Shown here: in pieces, positions 14,280 to 28,300 of the stretch | Layout: the number at the start of each line of letters is the position of its first letter | Position numbering within the stretch: the stretch's first letter is position 1 | From: Flaccisagitta enflata | Lineage: Eukaryota | Length of the DNA: 64,000 nucleotides | Direction: 5' to 3' | Assembly (NCBI GenBank): GCA_965153355.1 | Contig: OZ231126.1 | Coordinates: 38,688,001-38,752,000, forward strand | The notes under the pieces: generated by a model | Database searches by the model: none | Seen by the model: only the letters and a program-made list of their open reading frames with translations | Told to the model about the DNA's origin: nothing | Translations under genes and position numbers: made by a program

Positions 14280-14800
14280 CAGGGCGGAAGATTTTTTTTT
14301 CTAAGATAATATGTTTCACATTGTTTTCTGTATTTAATCCCATTTTGGTTGCTTCATATTAACTTAATCACCCCTTGACCACTAGCCAGCAACGCCCAGG
14401 TATAAATTTCTCCATAACTTTGGTTTGAAGTTTTAGAGGGTTCACCTTTCAGAAATCCATTAAAATCATTAAAAAACCTTTCAGATACTTTTTAGCGGTG
14501 AAATCCGGATCTGAGTATCTATCTTTATATAGATTTGGTAGGTATCTGAAGTTGATTAAGTTTTTCTGGTAATTTTGCAATGATTTGTATGAGCAATGTT
14601 TTTACTGTTTTTAATCTTATTCAATTTTGCATGAAGCAATCCAGGCAAAATTCATAAGCAAAATGAAGATTTTTCCAAGCTCTAACTGGTGGAAAAATCT
14701 GCATGTAACTAAATATCCCCGTTTTGATTTGACAGTCGTTTGATTTTGGGACAATGATATCCGGACAGGTGTTACTGGTCCACTCAATAGGTTACCGGCA
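14280..14800. repeat. Dispersed repeat; diverged inverse copy at ~59560-60060
   Basis: Homologous spurious ORFs (QTTVKS..YL..C.FFHQL.L.KIFI.LMNF) occur at both sites. Confidence 0.75.
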
Positions 14801-15354
14801 TGCACAATTATCATTTTGGACATTTCATAGTTCAACAAAACTTCAACTAACTTGATATCTCATTTCTGAGAAAAATGTAAATAATACAAAAAAATAAATT
14901 TTTTTAAAAAAATCATAATTCCAAAAATAACAGAATTTTGCATAGTGCCAACTGAAAAACAAATCAGCACTTTCTTAGCCATAAACTTTATATGATTTCA
15001 GAAAAGCATCAACTTTCACAAACACCTCACCAGAAGAATGGAAAACAGGGTATGTCTGTAGGTCTCTTAAAGTCGAAGGATCTTCGTTTTTTTTACTTTT
15101 TTTCCCAAATCAAGAGATCGACGGTACTACCATCATGATAGCACAGATGGACAAAAATGAAATGAAATTTTGGTCGAATCCGAATCTTGTCTTCCTGGCG
15201 CATCATAGATGATGACTCTAAAGTTTGGTGAAGATCAAAGTTTACTCATGACCGCCACCCCACCTCCTCTCCCATTAAAATACATTGGGAACTTTAATGG
15301 CCAAAGTTATTTGCTATAGGATAAAAGACACGACGTCTCCGCCATGTCGGCATA

Positions 15355-15850
15355 CACTTATTTTTTTTTATAAGAACCAAGTTTATAAGAACGTTAGGCT
15401 TCAAATCGTCAAAAATTTAAGAACATGTTAAGAACATTGGAAGGCTACATTTTTAACAAAATTTAAGAACATTAGGCTTAAGATCTTAAAATTTAAGAAC
15501 ATTTTCTTTCTGTACTTTTTTTGATCAATTGTTCTTTGTAAATAGACAGACTCTGTATGTTTTATGTTCAGCAAATCATGTCTCACTTTAAATAGCGTAT
15601 ATTTTTCTATTTACATTGATCTTAATTCACTTTAAGCATTTAAATCTGCTAGTTTCTTGTTTCATTGATATTTCCCTTTATTTTCTCTTTAATGACAAAC
15701 TTGAAACTAATTAAGAACATTCTTAATCGAAGGTTAAAAAGTGCATTTAAATTAAGAACAATTTAAGAACGTTCAAGCCTTGTAACTGCTCGAAATTTAA
15801 GAACATTGAAGGCTTGCTCAAAAAATGACGTTCTTATAAAAAAAAAAGTG
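15355..15850. mobile_element. TA-flanked MITE with reiterated TAAGAAC motifs (copy 1)
   Basis: ta|CACTT..TATAAGAAC...GTTCTTATA..AAGTG|ta. Same family at 53955 and 55997. Confidence 0.8.
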
Positions 15851-16179
15851 TAGGCTGACCAAGGAGATCTATCAGATTCTGTCTAATCTAATCTAAAAGG
15901 GGGGTGCTGGTCATATATGTTAACTTTACCTGATGATCATCAGATCTTTAAGTCATTATTTGTGACGGAAATGGACACGTTTCTCCCGCGAGGAAGACGA
16001 GATTCGAGTTTTCCCGTATTTTCAGTCACCTATGTAATGAAATGGCTTCTACAGTCGCAAGAATGAAAGACCTTTCAATGTCAAGTTGGTAAAAATATTA
16101 TGAAGTATAAACAGATGCGGACGGGACTACAGAGAAAGTCAAAGACACGTTTAAAGTAAAATAAGATAAGATACACGGA

Positions 16180-17232
16180 TACCCAAGTCACGTGCGGGTG
16201 GGCAGGGGCAGTGAGAAAAAGCGTTTGGGCAGGAGCAGTGATGCAAGAGTCATACAAGAGGCCAAATAGTCGCAAAAGCGTTAGATGGTCAGCGGTACCC
16301 GTGCCCTGCTTAAGTAGGTTATGGTTGAAGCTGAGGGAGCAGGGCAGCGGCCCCAAAGGGGTCAATGACCTATGCTTTAACACACATGGGGGATTTTTTT
16401 TGCTCCTCCTTCTTCTCCTCCGTCCCCCCCCTGACTCAGATCCTAGCCTCAAGGCCCATATCCCAGCCTTGAGGCCGAAATCCCAGCCTTGAGGACCAAA
16501 TCCCAGACTAGGGGATTCAAGGATGGGATTTGGGCCTCAATGTTGAGATTTGGGCCTCAAGGCTGGGATTTAGGCCTCAAGGCTGGGATTTAGGCCTCAA
16601 GGCTGAGATTTGGGCCTCAAGGCTGGGATTTGGGCCTTGAGGCTAGGATCTGAGTAAGAGGGGGAGACATAAAAGGAGGAGCAGGAGGAGGAAAAATCCC
16701 CCATGTGTGTGAAAGCATAGGTCAAGGACCCCTTCAAGGCCGCTGCCCGAAAAGCAAAATGTTACCAACCATCCGACAAAAATTAAGTCACCCAAGGATT
16801 GCACATGGTCAGCTGTATCCAATGCCCTGCTTAGAGTAATTAGCTAAAGATACAGGAGTGAAAATCCATACGTCCTGAGAGGGTATATTTGAGGCCTTAA
16901 CAGCAATTTTCCATGATATTCAATGAGAATTTTGCATTTTTTGGTATTTCTTGTCAATTTGCCATGTTATTCAATGGGAATTTTACATTTTTCTTAGTTT
17001 TCATCAACTTTCCATGTTATTTTAAAGGAAACATGCATTTTTTTGCTTATTTGTAAATTTTCCATGTTATTTAATGGGAAGTTTGCATTTTGACAATTTC
17101 CCAAGTTATCCAATAGGAATTTGGAGGATTGGGGGGGGGGACGTACGGACATACGGATGGACGGACGGACGTATAGAAATTCACCCCTGTGTCCTACAGG
17201 ACATCGGCCCTTTGGGGCCGCTGCCCAAAAAG
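16180..17232. mobile_element. Adjacent DINE-1/HINE-like elements (palindromic 20-bp arrays; ~50-bp tandem repeat)
   Basis: Same terminal blocks as 57460-58023. The 20-bp arrays face each other. Confidence 0.6.
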
Positions 17233-17573
17233 GATGAACTGACATGTTAAAAATTCTGTTTCTTTATTCAAAACTGACCTGATTTTATCGAATCCTTTGT
17301 GGAAAAACTTTAAGATACGAAATGCATAAATAATTCGGGAACAAGGAAAAGGCTTAATCCGCGGAGGACCGTTGCGTAATTATGAATGACGATTCAATGT
17401 TATTCTGTATATATTTAAGCCAATATTTTTTCTCTTCTCTTCTTCACGTCAATTGTTAGTTCTGGAGACAAGTTTAGATCTTCCTTGTTTCGCCGTTGGA
17501 CGAAATTAATAAGGCGGGAGGTCGGTTGTTAAAGAACTCGTCCCGTCACCACAGAAGTGTAGAAAATGAGAGA

Positions 17574-17693
<120 letters not shown>

Positions 17694-18207
17694 AGATTGA
17701 TAGATAGACTGAGAGACAGACAAACAGAGAGGCAGCTCTATTTTGTAGCTAGAATCAGGAACTAACACCTCTCACAAAATTAGGCGAACTGGGTTGAGAA
17801 CTTGTCCATAATTGCGTTTTTTGGGCAGCGGCCCCGAAGGGGACGAAGTCATGTAGAACACAGGGGGATGTTTGTTCGTTCGTTCGTCCGTCCGTCCCGC
17901 CCCTCGAGGCCTCTCAGGCCTCAAATCTGGCCTCTCAGGCCTCAAATCTGGCCTCTTAGGCCTCAAAATAGACCTCTCGGGCCTTAAATCTAGTCTCTCA
18001 CGCCTCAAATCTAGCCTCTTAGGCCTCAAATTTGGCCTCTCAGGCCTCTTATCTGGCCTCTCAGGCATCAAATCTGGCCTCTCAGGCATCAAATCTGGCC
18101 TCTCAGGCCTCAAATCTGGCCTCTCAGGCCTCAAATCTTGCCTCTTAGGCCTCAAATCCAACCTCTTGCCTCAAATTAGGCCTCTCACAGTGGGCCTTAA
18201 CTGGGTA

Positions 18208-18589
18208 TAGAGTTCGGCGATCTGGCTTGTAAAAATCGGTTCAATTAGGTTCAATTAATAAATTAAAAATCGCGAATATAGGTTCGGTTCGGATCCTGCT
18301 ATACCCAACTTATTATCAATTTTTTTTGCATACTGACACTTTTTTTTGCATGATGATTAAGTGTTGATCATTTAGGAATAGCACTAGAATTTTTTTTTAG
18401 AAATTCTGCACTTTATTAGTTTTTTTTTGTTTTTTATATGTGTCACTTTATATTCTTTTTTTTTTCATTTCTATTTATTTTTCATAAATTGTTTTAAGTT
18501 TTTTTTTACTTCTGCATTTGTTTTTTTGTCTACTTTCAATTTATGAAAATCAAGCAAATGATCATCAAATTTGATGGATGCTAATATCC

Positions 18590-18670
<81 letters not shown>

Positions 18671-19488
18671 TGGAGAAGGGGGATATGAGATTAGGATTAG
18701 AGAAGAAACCGAGCCACTCGATCGGTTTATTGTTGTTTTCCGATTTCCGGTAATTGATAAAATGGTAACCTAGTTTAGGTTATTATCGGGTACCCTCAGG
18801 GTTGTTAAAAAATCCATTTCTTTTGAAAAAATCCATTTGGATTAATCCATTTTGGATTAATCCGGATAAAATCGTGGATTTTTTCAATCGGTGGATTTTT
18901 TCAAAAATGCGCCATACGATGTGATTAACTACTGGTTATGATATTGATATAGGGCATACAATGATTAAATGTGATAAGTAACAGATAAATGATTAATAAA
19001 ATGAATATAGAGCAGTTCAACAGGCAACAGTGGAAATGTTTTTCACACTAAAATTACATACACGTAGATATGATAAAAGGATACACATAACTTTAATAAA
19101 ACTATTTAATAAGATAATATGCATGGCGCATTCTTGAAAAAATGTAATTCATAAAATCGATTGCTAGCGTTCTACTGTATCCTGGATTCAATCACACAGA
19201 GTTCGAGATGCTTTAGGTCAAGAGAAAGTTTCTCAGAAACAAAAGCCCTCATACGTTCAAAGACAGAAAAAAATCTGAGAAAATAAAAGTTTGTCTCATT
19301 CAGGACTTGAAATCATTGAAAAATATCTTTATTTTGGGTCATTTTTGCAAAAAAAAATAAAATTTGAAAAAATCCAGATTTTTTCAAAAATTTTTTTGAA
19401 AAAATCCATTTTATCCATTTGGATTAATCCAGGATTTTTTCAAATGGATTAATCCACCCTTCCAACCCTGGGTACCCTTCGACCGCTG
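18208..19488. mobile_element. hAT-type non-autonomous element
   Basis: 8-bp TSD actgggta at 18200-18207 and 19489-19496. Ends are TAGAG.../...CGCTG. Confidence 0.7.
18797..19470. mobile_element. hAT-type MITE
   Basis: 8-bp TSD ggtaccct on both sides. TIR CAGGGTTG/CAACCCTG. Subterminal aatcca/tggatt repeats. Confidence 0.85.
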
Positions 19489-22036
19489 ACTGGGTATGAG
19501 TTAAAAAAAATCCCCAATGGTAGTGACTGGCATTAGTAGGTACAATTTATAGTGCAGAATTGATAAAAACCCTTAAAAAAAATTTCCTTTGAAAATTTTT
19601 GCAAAAATCGTTAGAAAGCATCAAATTGTCATATATATTCGCATATAGATCTCAAGGATACATCAGTTTTAAAAATTCCAACTCAAGATTCACATTTCTG
19701 ATGAAATTTTCAATCATTTGATAGGTCACACTATATACTTTCATGAAAAAATAAGATTTTCATTCTTTATGCCGCCGTTACAAAGAAAGCAACGGTGGCT
19801 TAAAATATGAAAATCTTATTTTTTCATGAAAGTATAAAGTGTGACCTATCAAATGATTGGAAATTTCACCAGGAATGTGAATCTTGAGTCAGAATTTTGA
19901 AACTAATATATCCTTGAGATCTATTTGTAAATATATGCAAAAAATTGATACTTTTAGCGATTTTTGCAAAAATTTTCAAGGGAAATTTTTTTTAAAGGGT
20001 TTACATCAATTCTCCACTATAAATTGTACCTACTCATACAAGTCACTATCATTGGGGATTTTTTTAAACTCATACCTAGTTAAGGCCCACTGTGCTCTCA
20101 AGCCTCAAATCAGCTATCTGATCCTCAAGTCAGTTCTCTATGGCATTCCAAGCCTTGATCCAGCCCATTCAAGCCCCCAACTGGCTTTCTGGCCTTACAT
20201 CACCCCTCTTAGACCTGAATTCAGCCCAAACGGACGGACGGACGGATGGACGAACGAACAGACGAATAAAAGTCCCCCTGTGTTCTACAGGACTTCATCC
20301 CCTTTGGGGCCGCTGCCCTGCTTCCCCTCACTCAAATTCACAATCATGCACAGCAGGGCAACGGGTATCGCTGACCACATATTGCCCTTGGGCGACCTGT
20401 TAAAGTCATAAACAGGAGTCCAGGTTAATGATATTTTCAGAACATGTAATTCTCATGAGGGCTCTACAAAAAAAACTTCAAATCATGTCATCCAACAGCT
20501 GTAATTAGCGTCATCAAACAATATCATGCAAATTCTAGGTATAGTTTAGCATCAAATTTGTGGCCAAAACCATCGATTTTGACAAGGGGTTTAGATATTT
20601 TTTGCAGCTGCCACTGACTGTATCTTGGTACTGTTGACTCATTTTTGTCTGTGAGTGATACAAGAACCCATAAACTGATGTTTTCTTGCCTTATTTATGG
20701 TAAATTTTAAAAAAGTTTATGCTGTCTCATCATCAAAAGTTTCCTCGTCAAAATCAGTCAAAATCTTTCACTGGATTTTTGGCATAACCCTTTCCCAGAG
20801 CCACGCACTTTCCCGGGTACATAATTTTGCCCCAATTTGCGAAAATACTATATTTTAGCTCCCTCTGTGTCAAATTTTAGCCCACTGAATGCATTATTTC
20901 TGTCAATTTTGATCGTTTTGCCAGTTCGTTTAATTATGTGAGAGGTGTTATGATGCGATGACCAAATGGCGGTTTACACGCAACATTTGGAGGAAAAAAT
21001 TCATGCTCGCTTTGTCCCTCAGTAACACGTTTGGCAGACCTAGTTCTTGAGCGTGTCTTATCTAAAAAGAAAATTTGATAAATTGCAGTTTCAGGTACTA
21101 TGTACCTGCTTTTTTCACGGAAGGATGCGGGGGTTTGAGTTTCCGGGTGAAATTTCTTGTTCGCCATGAGTTCTTTTAATTCTTTTTTCAATAAAACAAT
21201 CATCGGTCCATTATGTTTGTCTCTTTCCATTCAATTTCTGTTTCTAATTTTTTTTTCTTTTTTTTTTGTTTGTCTTTATTTAATTCATTTTTCAATTTCT
21301 ATTGCTTGTTTGGCGAGATTTTAAAATCTTGCTGGGTATTTTTCCTCAAAGAAAAAATCTTTCGAAAGTCGAAACGATATCTATTCATCATGGCTTTACA
21401 CTTTTCTTTTGGGTTGTTCATCACATAAGACTCGTTTTGAGTGTATTCATTATCCTCCAAGAGCTTCTGCAGATCTGAATCAGTAACCACAACCCAATCA
21501 TCCTCTTGGATGCCCGAGTACTCCTTTCTGTCCAGAAGGTTGATAATCATTTCATTTGATGGTGGAACATTTCTGCCATCATTCTCAACGACAAATAAAC
21601 TCATTTCAACTTCCGTTGCTTGTAAGGTCGATACTGACATCGACACTTCGAAGTCCGTTAGAGTGTCTTCCGCAGCTTCTTCGCAAGAGTCCAACTTTTC
21701 CTCAGTACCCACTTCCTCTAGGTTCTGAGAATTATCTGATGACTCAAACTGTATCCTTAAAAGCTCCATAGGCATAGGCTCAATATTTGATATTTCACTT
21801 GAAACAAAGCTCTCCTCTTGAGAAAAATGCAGAGCCGAATTTTCTTTTCTGTGGCTACAATTTTCGAGGGAAAACTCAATATCAATCTGTGGAGACTGAT
21901 TGCATGCCTTTGGTTGATCAAATGGAGTTGCTTTGTGCAAATCATGCATCGATTCGTTGCTGAACCTTGTTGACGGCTTCAAGTCAATAATTGGTGTCTG
22001 ACAATTCATCTTTATCATATCACGAGGCTTTTCATA

Positions 22037-24308
22037 ACTATGGCAAAAAAAAAAGCGAACAACTTGTTTGTCAATGTTTCACATACAAGCAATGAGAAAA
22101 ACATAGCAAAATCCATGACCATTTTAAAGATCTGCGAAAGATCTTTCAAGTGAGACCTTGCTGAATGTTCTAGCTCTATCCGTTTAGAAATGGCATTAGA
22201 ATGAAGACAGGTGGTCAAGAATTTGGAAATTCACTACGCCACTTTCATGGGTTATCTTTATTCTAACATAACAAGGCCAACACCTATAAGTCGCGTGCAG
22301 GACAAAAATAACTGAACTGACCTGACTCCTTATTGTATCTTTTTATCGGAAGTCAGACTAAAACCAGACCCAAACCAGACTGAAACCAGACTCAAACCAG
22401 ACTCAAACCAGACTCAAACCAGAATTAAACCAGACCGAAACCAGACCTAAATCAGACATAAACCAGACTTAAACCAGACATAAGCCAGATATAAGCCAGA
22501 CTCAAACCAGACTCAAACCAGACTCAAACCAGACTCAAACCAGACTCAAACCAGACTCAAACCAGACTCAAACCAGACTTAAACCAGACTTAAACCAGAC
22601 TTAAACCAGACTTAAACCAGGCTCAAACCAGGCTCAAACCAGGCTCAAACCAGGCTCAAACCAGAATCAAACTAGACTCAAACCAGACTCAAACCAGAAT
22701 TAAACCAAACCAAAACCAGGCCCAAACCAGACCGAAACCAGACCTAAATCAGACCTAAATCAAACATAAACCAGACAAAAACCAGACATACACCAGACCT
22801 AAACCAGACCTAACCCAGACCTAAACCAGACATAGATCAGACATGAACCAGTCTTAAACCAGAGGTAAACCAGACGTAAACCAGACTTAAACCAGACTTA
22901 AACCAGACATGAACCAGACTTAAACCAGAGGTAAACCAGACGTTAACCAGACTTAAACTAGACTTAAACCAGACTTTAACCAGACTTTAACCAGACTTTA
23001 ACCAGACTTTAACCAGACTTAAACCATACTTAAACCATACTTAAACCAGACTTAAACCATAGTTATCTTTAATATCATTTTAACCAGCGGACTTAAACCA
23101 GCAGACTTAAACCATTAGACCAGCAGACTTAAACCATTAGATTTAAACCAGCAGACTTAAACCAGCAGACTTAAACCAGCAGATTTAAACCAGCAGACTT
23201 TAACCAGCAGACGTAACCCATTAGATTTAAACCAGCAGACTTAAACCAGCAGATTTAAACCAGCAGATTTAAACCATCAGACTTTACCCAGCAGACTTTA
23301 ACCAGCAGACTTTAACCAGCAGACTTTAGCCAGCAGATTTTAACCAAAAATGACCAAAAATGGCCAAAAATGACCAAAAACGACCAAAAATGATCAAAAT
23401 GACCTAAAATGACCTAAAATGACCAAAAATGACCAAAAATGACCAAAAATGACCAAAATGATCAAAAATGACTAAAATGACCAAAAATGACCAAAAATGA
23501 CCAAAAATGACCAAAAATGACCAAAAATGACCAAAAATGACCAAAAATGACCAAAAATGACCAAAAATGACCAAAAATGACCAAAAATGACCAAAAATGA
23601 CCAAAATGACCAAAATGACCAAAATGACCAAATATGACCAAATATGACCACAAATGCCCAAAAATGACCAAAAATGACCAAAAATGACCAAAAATGATAA
23701 AAAATGACCAAAATGACCAAAAATGACCAAAATGACCAAAATGACCAAAATGACCAAAAATGACCAAAAATGACTAAAAGCAACCAATAATTCCCAAAAC
23801 CAACAAAAAAATGACTCAAAATAACTCCAGACGACCCAAAAAGACGAAAAAAAGCAAAGTGTTACGGACCGACAGACGGACGGACGGACGGACGGACCGA
23901 CCGACCGACAGACAGAGCGGGTTGTAGAGTCGCGTGCACGCGACTAAAAACTAAACGCATTGAGTTAAAAAATCATTTTTGGCGCCATTTTAAAGAAAAT
24001 TTGAAGCTCTTTAATTTGCTCATGGATAACGAGTAGCTAAGACAATCCTGAGCTGCATTATTGACAAAAACGGAAAGACTAAAATCGCTCATTGGAAAAA
24101 AAGTTGGAATAAGCACTTTTTTCAATCGGCGATTTTTTTCTTCAAACCATTGCCATTTCTAAACGAATAAAGCTACAATGACCAGCAACGTCGCATTTGG
24201 AAGATTTTTTGCAGAGCTTTAAAACGGTCATGGATTTTCTATGGTTCAGGCCCATAGTTGAGCAGAAACTAGCAAAACAAAGTGTTCGCTTTTTTTCTTT
24301 GCCATAGT
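22037..24308. mobile_element. TA-flanked TIR element interrupting the pseudogene ORF
   Basis: ta|ACTATGGCAAAAAAAAAAGCGAACA ... TGTTCGCTTTTTTTCTTTGCCATAGT|ta, with ~200-bp imperfect inverted arms. Confidence 0.8.
22270..23950. mobile_element. DINE-1/HINE-like element filled with satellite arrays (11-, 14- and 10/9-bp units)
   Basis: Starts aacaaggcc and ends (GACG)n...gtagagtcgcgtgcacgcgactaaaaa. Arrays are CTYAAACCAGA (~22358-23060), TTAAACCAGCAGAC (~23082-23345) and CCAAAAATGA (~23345-23780). Confidence 0.75.
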
Positions 24309-24822
24309 TAGATGTTGAAGTTTTCATCTAGGGAGGAAAGATCGAATTTTGGCTGTCCATCGCTTTTGTGCTTTTGGCTCTCTTTCATTGCGGGTCTCAG
24401 CATGGACGGGGTGCTGGTAAGGTCCTTTTCCTCGATTCGCCCAAAACTTTCCATGATCATACCTCCATCAATTTCATCTGCCGGTTTCCTTGAAATATTC
24501 TGTGTTTCATTTAACCGTCGAGAATATGACCATTTTATTGGACCATATTTGACTCCACTACCATTTTTATCAGTTGACAAGTTCTCAAGATTGGATGGCA
24601 CTTCCTGGAGTTCCAAGTCTTCAAACTCGTACATGACTTCATGCTCTTGGTGAATTGGCTCGTCGGATTGGTCAAAATCAAATTCAACATTTTCATCAGG
24701 CTCCATCAAACCATCGCCATTATCCGCGGCGAAACCTAAATCCTCCTCAGCAAAATCTATATTCTCCTCAACTTGTTTCTTCTGAACTTTCTTCCTTGAA
24801 CTTGTGTCTGCTTGAATTTTCT

Positions 24823-24952
24823 TTTTAGGTGCGACAAAGCACCTCTATAACTGGCTGTGTCCGTTGGTTGGTTGGTCGGTTGGTCTGTCTGTGGGGTAAC
24901 GCATTCGTTCGACGATCCACACGTCGCACCTTATTGGCCTACTTGGCCTTGT
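24823..24952. mobile_element. 130-bp DINE-1/HINE-like element inserted into the ORF
   Basis: ttttaggtgcgacaaagc...ggcctacttggccttgt. A near-identical copy lies at 51065-51703. Inserted in a T run with no TSD. Confidence 0.8.
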
Positions 24953-25328
24953 TAATGTAAAATAGGAACCCAATTGATGATGATTTGGTGGTGCCTTCAA
25001 TGGCTTCGTCGTTGTCTTTCCCTGACATTTGCTTTTGCCTGACAACCAATTCCATCATTTTTTCTTTGAATGATTTAGGGGTAGGATCTGATTTCCTTTG
25101 AGAATACTGCGCCATGCACGCATCAGATAATTCATCTCTCTTTTCTGAGTTTGTATTTGAACTTGAAGAGTGGGTAAGCATCATGTTAAGTTCCTCTCTC
25201 TTTTTGTCATCGTTCTCATCATGCAGGGTGGGTAGTGCTGCGTCTTGGTGAGAGGATTTTGTTCTCTTTGTTGAAATAAGCATAGTCATAATCTGTTTTT
25301 TCACTGTGGGCCGACCCTTCTCAGTACC

Positions 25329-28300
25329 TCAGATTTTTGGAACCGCTTGGTTTAAAGTAGGAGAACTGTCACTTTTTCTGCGGTTTCTAGTGGTTCAGTC
25401 CATGCATAATCCATGGCAAAAAATAGCAAAATCATTCCAGTAGCTCATTTTTGTAAATTTCCATTTTTTTCCGTGTGGTTGGTACAGGTCATAAAATTTT
25501 TCCTTTTTTTGACCTCCTCCCTTGTTTTGCTTATAATTCTTAAACGAAAAGAGCTAGAAATGCCAGATTGGGCCCATTTAAAAGATCTCTTCAAGATCTT
25601 TCCAACTGTCACCAATTTTTTGTGAATCCGTTGAAAAACAACCAAGTTAGAAGCTGTCAAACATGAGCAAGATTTAGAGATTCTGGACGATTTTCTAGAT
25701 TGTTATTTTTTTGCTTCTTCTTTCACAATTTCACTTGTTTTGCTCATAACTTGTAAACGGATAAAGCTAGAAATGCCTGATTGGTCTCATTTTAAAGATA
25801 TTTTCAAGATCTTTCAAACCGTCACCAATTTCATGACAGTCCCTTGAAAAACAACCAGTTTATAAGCTATCGAACATGAGCATTGTCATGAGCATTTTGG
25901 AGAAATTTCCCTCTATCTTTCTTCATGGTCTCATCCTGTTTTATGATCCACTCTGTGAAGTGCTGTGTCTGTGAGCCAGTATATTGGTTTTTCCAATGAT
26001 TATTCTGCCCACCTGTCAGTCCACATATCAGGGAGATTGTAAATAATTGCAAAATATGAGCAATGACTAATGGAACACAATGGAAATACACTTTTGCAAT
26101 GGAATCATATAGTTATGGGTTTCCCAAGTGTAGTCAGCCCTTATTAGCAAATTTGGAGAAGCAGGGTGGCAGTCTGAAAGGGGACAAAGTCCGTAGAATA
26201 TAAGGGGACTTTTTTTTGTCCATTCATTTATCCAACTAATTATGACTAATTTGAGGCTCGGGATGGCTAACTGATAGGACTGATCTAATGCAGGAGAAAA
26301 TTGATTTCAGGTAAAAGAGGGCAGGTTAAGGCGTGGGAGAGCCTTAATGAGACAGTTGTGTAGATTATAGGAGTTTTGAGGCTTGAAATAACTAACTAGC
26401 GAGGACGGATTTTAGGGGCTAGTTTGTTGTCTGGAAGAGTCAATTTGAGGCCTGATGTGACTAAAGAGGCCAATTTACAGCCTGAGTTGGCTGATTTGAA
26501 ATCTGAGAAGGCTGATAACGCTAGCAAGGGCTAATTTGAGGCTTACAAGGGCACATTTGATGTCAGGCAGGGCCCCAAAGGTGACAATATCCTCTAAAAT
26601 ACAGGGGTTCTTAACTTCTTATATCAGGTTCCATAGGGCTGGTTGAAGGTCTGATGGGTAGATTTGACGCCAGAGTGGGCCTGATTCCAGGCCTGAGAGG
26701 GCTTATGTGAGGCCTGAGTCAGCCAACTCAAGGCCTGAGAGGTTCTTCCAGACCATTAACTGACCCCACAATCCTCAAATCCACCCCCTCCAGTCAAAAG
26801 TGAATGACCCTACTAATTCTCATTATTGGCATCTATGACGCAACTACCTAAGATCCACACCTGAGTTCAGATCACTGACCTGATTTTGAGACAATATGTT
26901 TAAAAAAACAAACAATCAAAGTAGGGGGATCCTCATTCCACTAAGTACATATTTAGTCAAATTTTCATAAAAATCAATTCTGACAACCTGACTTGCAACC
27001 ACCCCTATAAATTCAATGTTGAGATTCAAACTACAGAGCTACACCCCTACTACTCATGGGTGAAGTGATCCTGGAAAAAAAATCTGAAATCATTGCTATT
27101 CAAGTATTTCTCAGAATTTAATGATCCTTGATAGGAACATAATTGTCTGTTGTCAGTGAGCAAAGCAAGCTCTAACACCTGCTCAAACATGCTTTCAGGC
27201 CAAAGCTCTCCTAACCAAATATGTACCACTACCTGACAGTGAAGTCAGGAAAAATAGATATTGACTTGACAGCAACATGATACAAAAATGACAACTAGAG
27301 TGTCACTACATCCGTAATTGGTAATTAAAAAGCCAGAGGGGTTAAAAGCACTTGCAGTCCTCCCAAGCCTCAGAACCCCTATATTCCACACAACTTTGTA
27401 TTCTTCAGGCTCCTCCACACCATAACCTGCCCTCTTCTACCTCGAATCAATTGTCTCCGGCATAAAATCAGTGCTATACGTCTTCTAGTTAGCCATCATA
27501 AACCTAAAATCATTGAGCTGGATGATGTGGATGAATGGCATCAGATGAATGGATAGACAAAAAAAGTCCACTTGTATGCTTTGGGACTTTGTCCCCTTTA
27601 AGACTACTGTATGATTCATAGCCAAAGTGTATTTGCAACGTGTTTCATTGGATGTTGAGCATATTTTGCAATTATTTACAATCTCCCTGATATATGGACT
27701 GACTGGTGGGCAGATTAACTATTGGAAAAACCGATATACTGGCTCACAAACACAGCACTTCATAGCGATGTGAGGGTGGATCAAAAAACAGGATGAGACC
27801 ATGAAGAAAGATAGAGGGAAATTTCTCCAAAATGCTTATGACAATGCTCATGTTTGACAGCTTATAAACTGGTTGTTTTTCAAGGGACTGTCATGAAATT
27901 GGTGACGGTTTGAAAGATCTTGAAAATATCTTTAAAATGAGACCAATCAGGCATTTCTAGCTTTATCCGTTTACAAGTTATGAGCAAAACAAGTGAAATT
28001 GTGAAAGAAGAAGCAAAAAAATAACAATCTAGAAAATCGTCCAGAATCTCTAAATCTTGCTCATGTTTGACAGCTTCTAACTTGGTTGTTTTTCAACGGA
28101 TTCACAAAAAATTGGTGACAGTTGGAAAGATCTTGAAGAAATCTTTTAAATGGGCCCAATCTGGCATTTCTAGCTCTTTTCGTTTAAGAATTATAAGCAA
28201 AACAAGGGAGGAGGTCAAAAAAAGGAAAAATTTTATGACCTGTACCAACCACACGGAAAAAATGGAAATTTACAAAAATGAGCTACTGGAATGATTTTGC

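Larger units (their letters stand above)
18186..20094. mobile_element. Fold-back DNA transposon with CACAGTG termini and 4-bp TSD (Chapaev/CMC-like, non-autonomous)
   Basis: ctct|CACAGTGGGCCTTAACT...AGTTAAGGCCCACTGTG|ctct. A ~600-bp palindrome spans 19489-20094, centred near 19785. Confidence 0.8.
17818..20401. mobile_element. DINE-1/HINE-like element with a 21-bp minisatellite; host of nested insertions
   Basis: Subterminal inverted block gggcagcggccccgaagggga..gtagaacacagggg / cccctgtgttctacaggac..ggggccgctgccc. (GTCC)n microsatellite. Unit aggcctcaaatctggcctctc. Confidence 0.65.

Noticed and set aside
17772-18210. RPERPDL / SGLKSGL repeat proteins
   Set aside because: Translations of a 21-bp minisatellite inside a mobile element.
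18186-20094. ProtoRAG/RAG transposon
   Set aside because: The heptamer matches, but the TSD is 4 bp, and there is no RSS nonamer or RAG1/RAG2-like coding sequence.
20934-21230. Independent 98-aa gene
   Set aside because: More likely a degenerate continuation or 3' flank of the interrupted ORF; no recognisable motif.
22358-23780. CRISPR-like array
   Set aside because: Contiguous tandem monomers with no unique spacers, no cas genes and a eukaryotic context.
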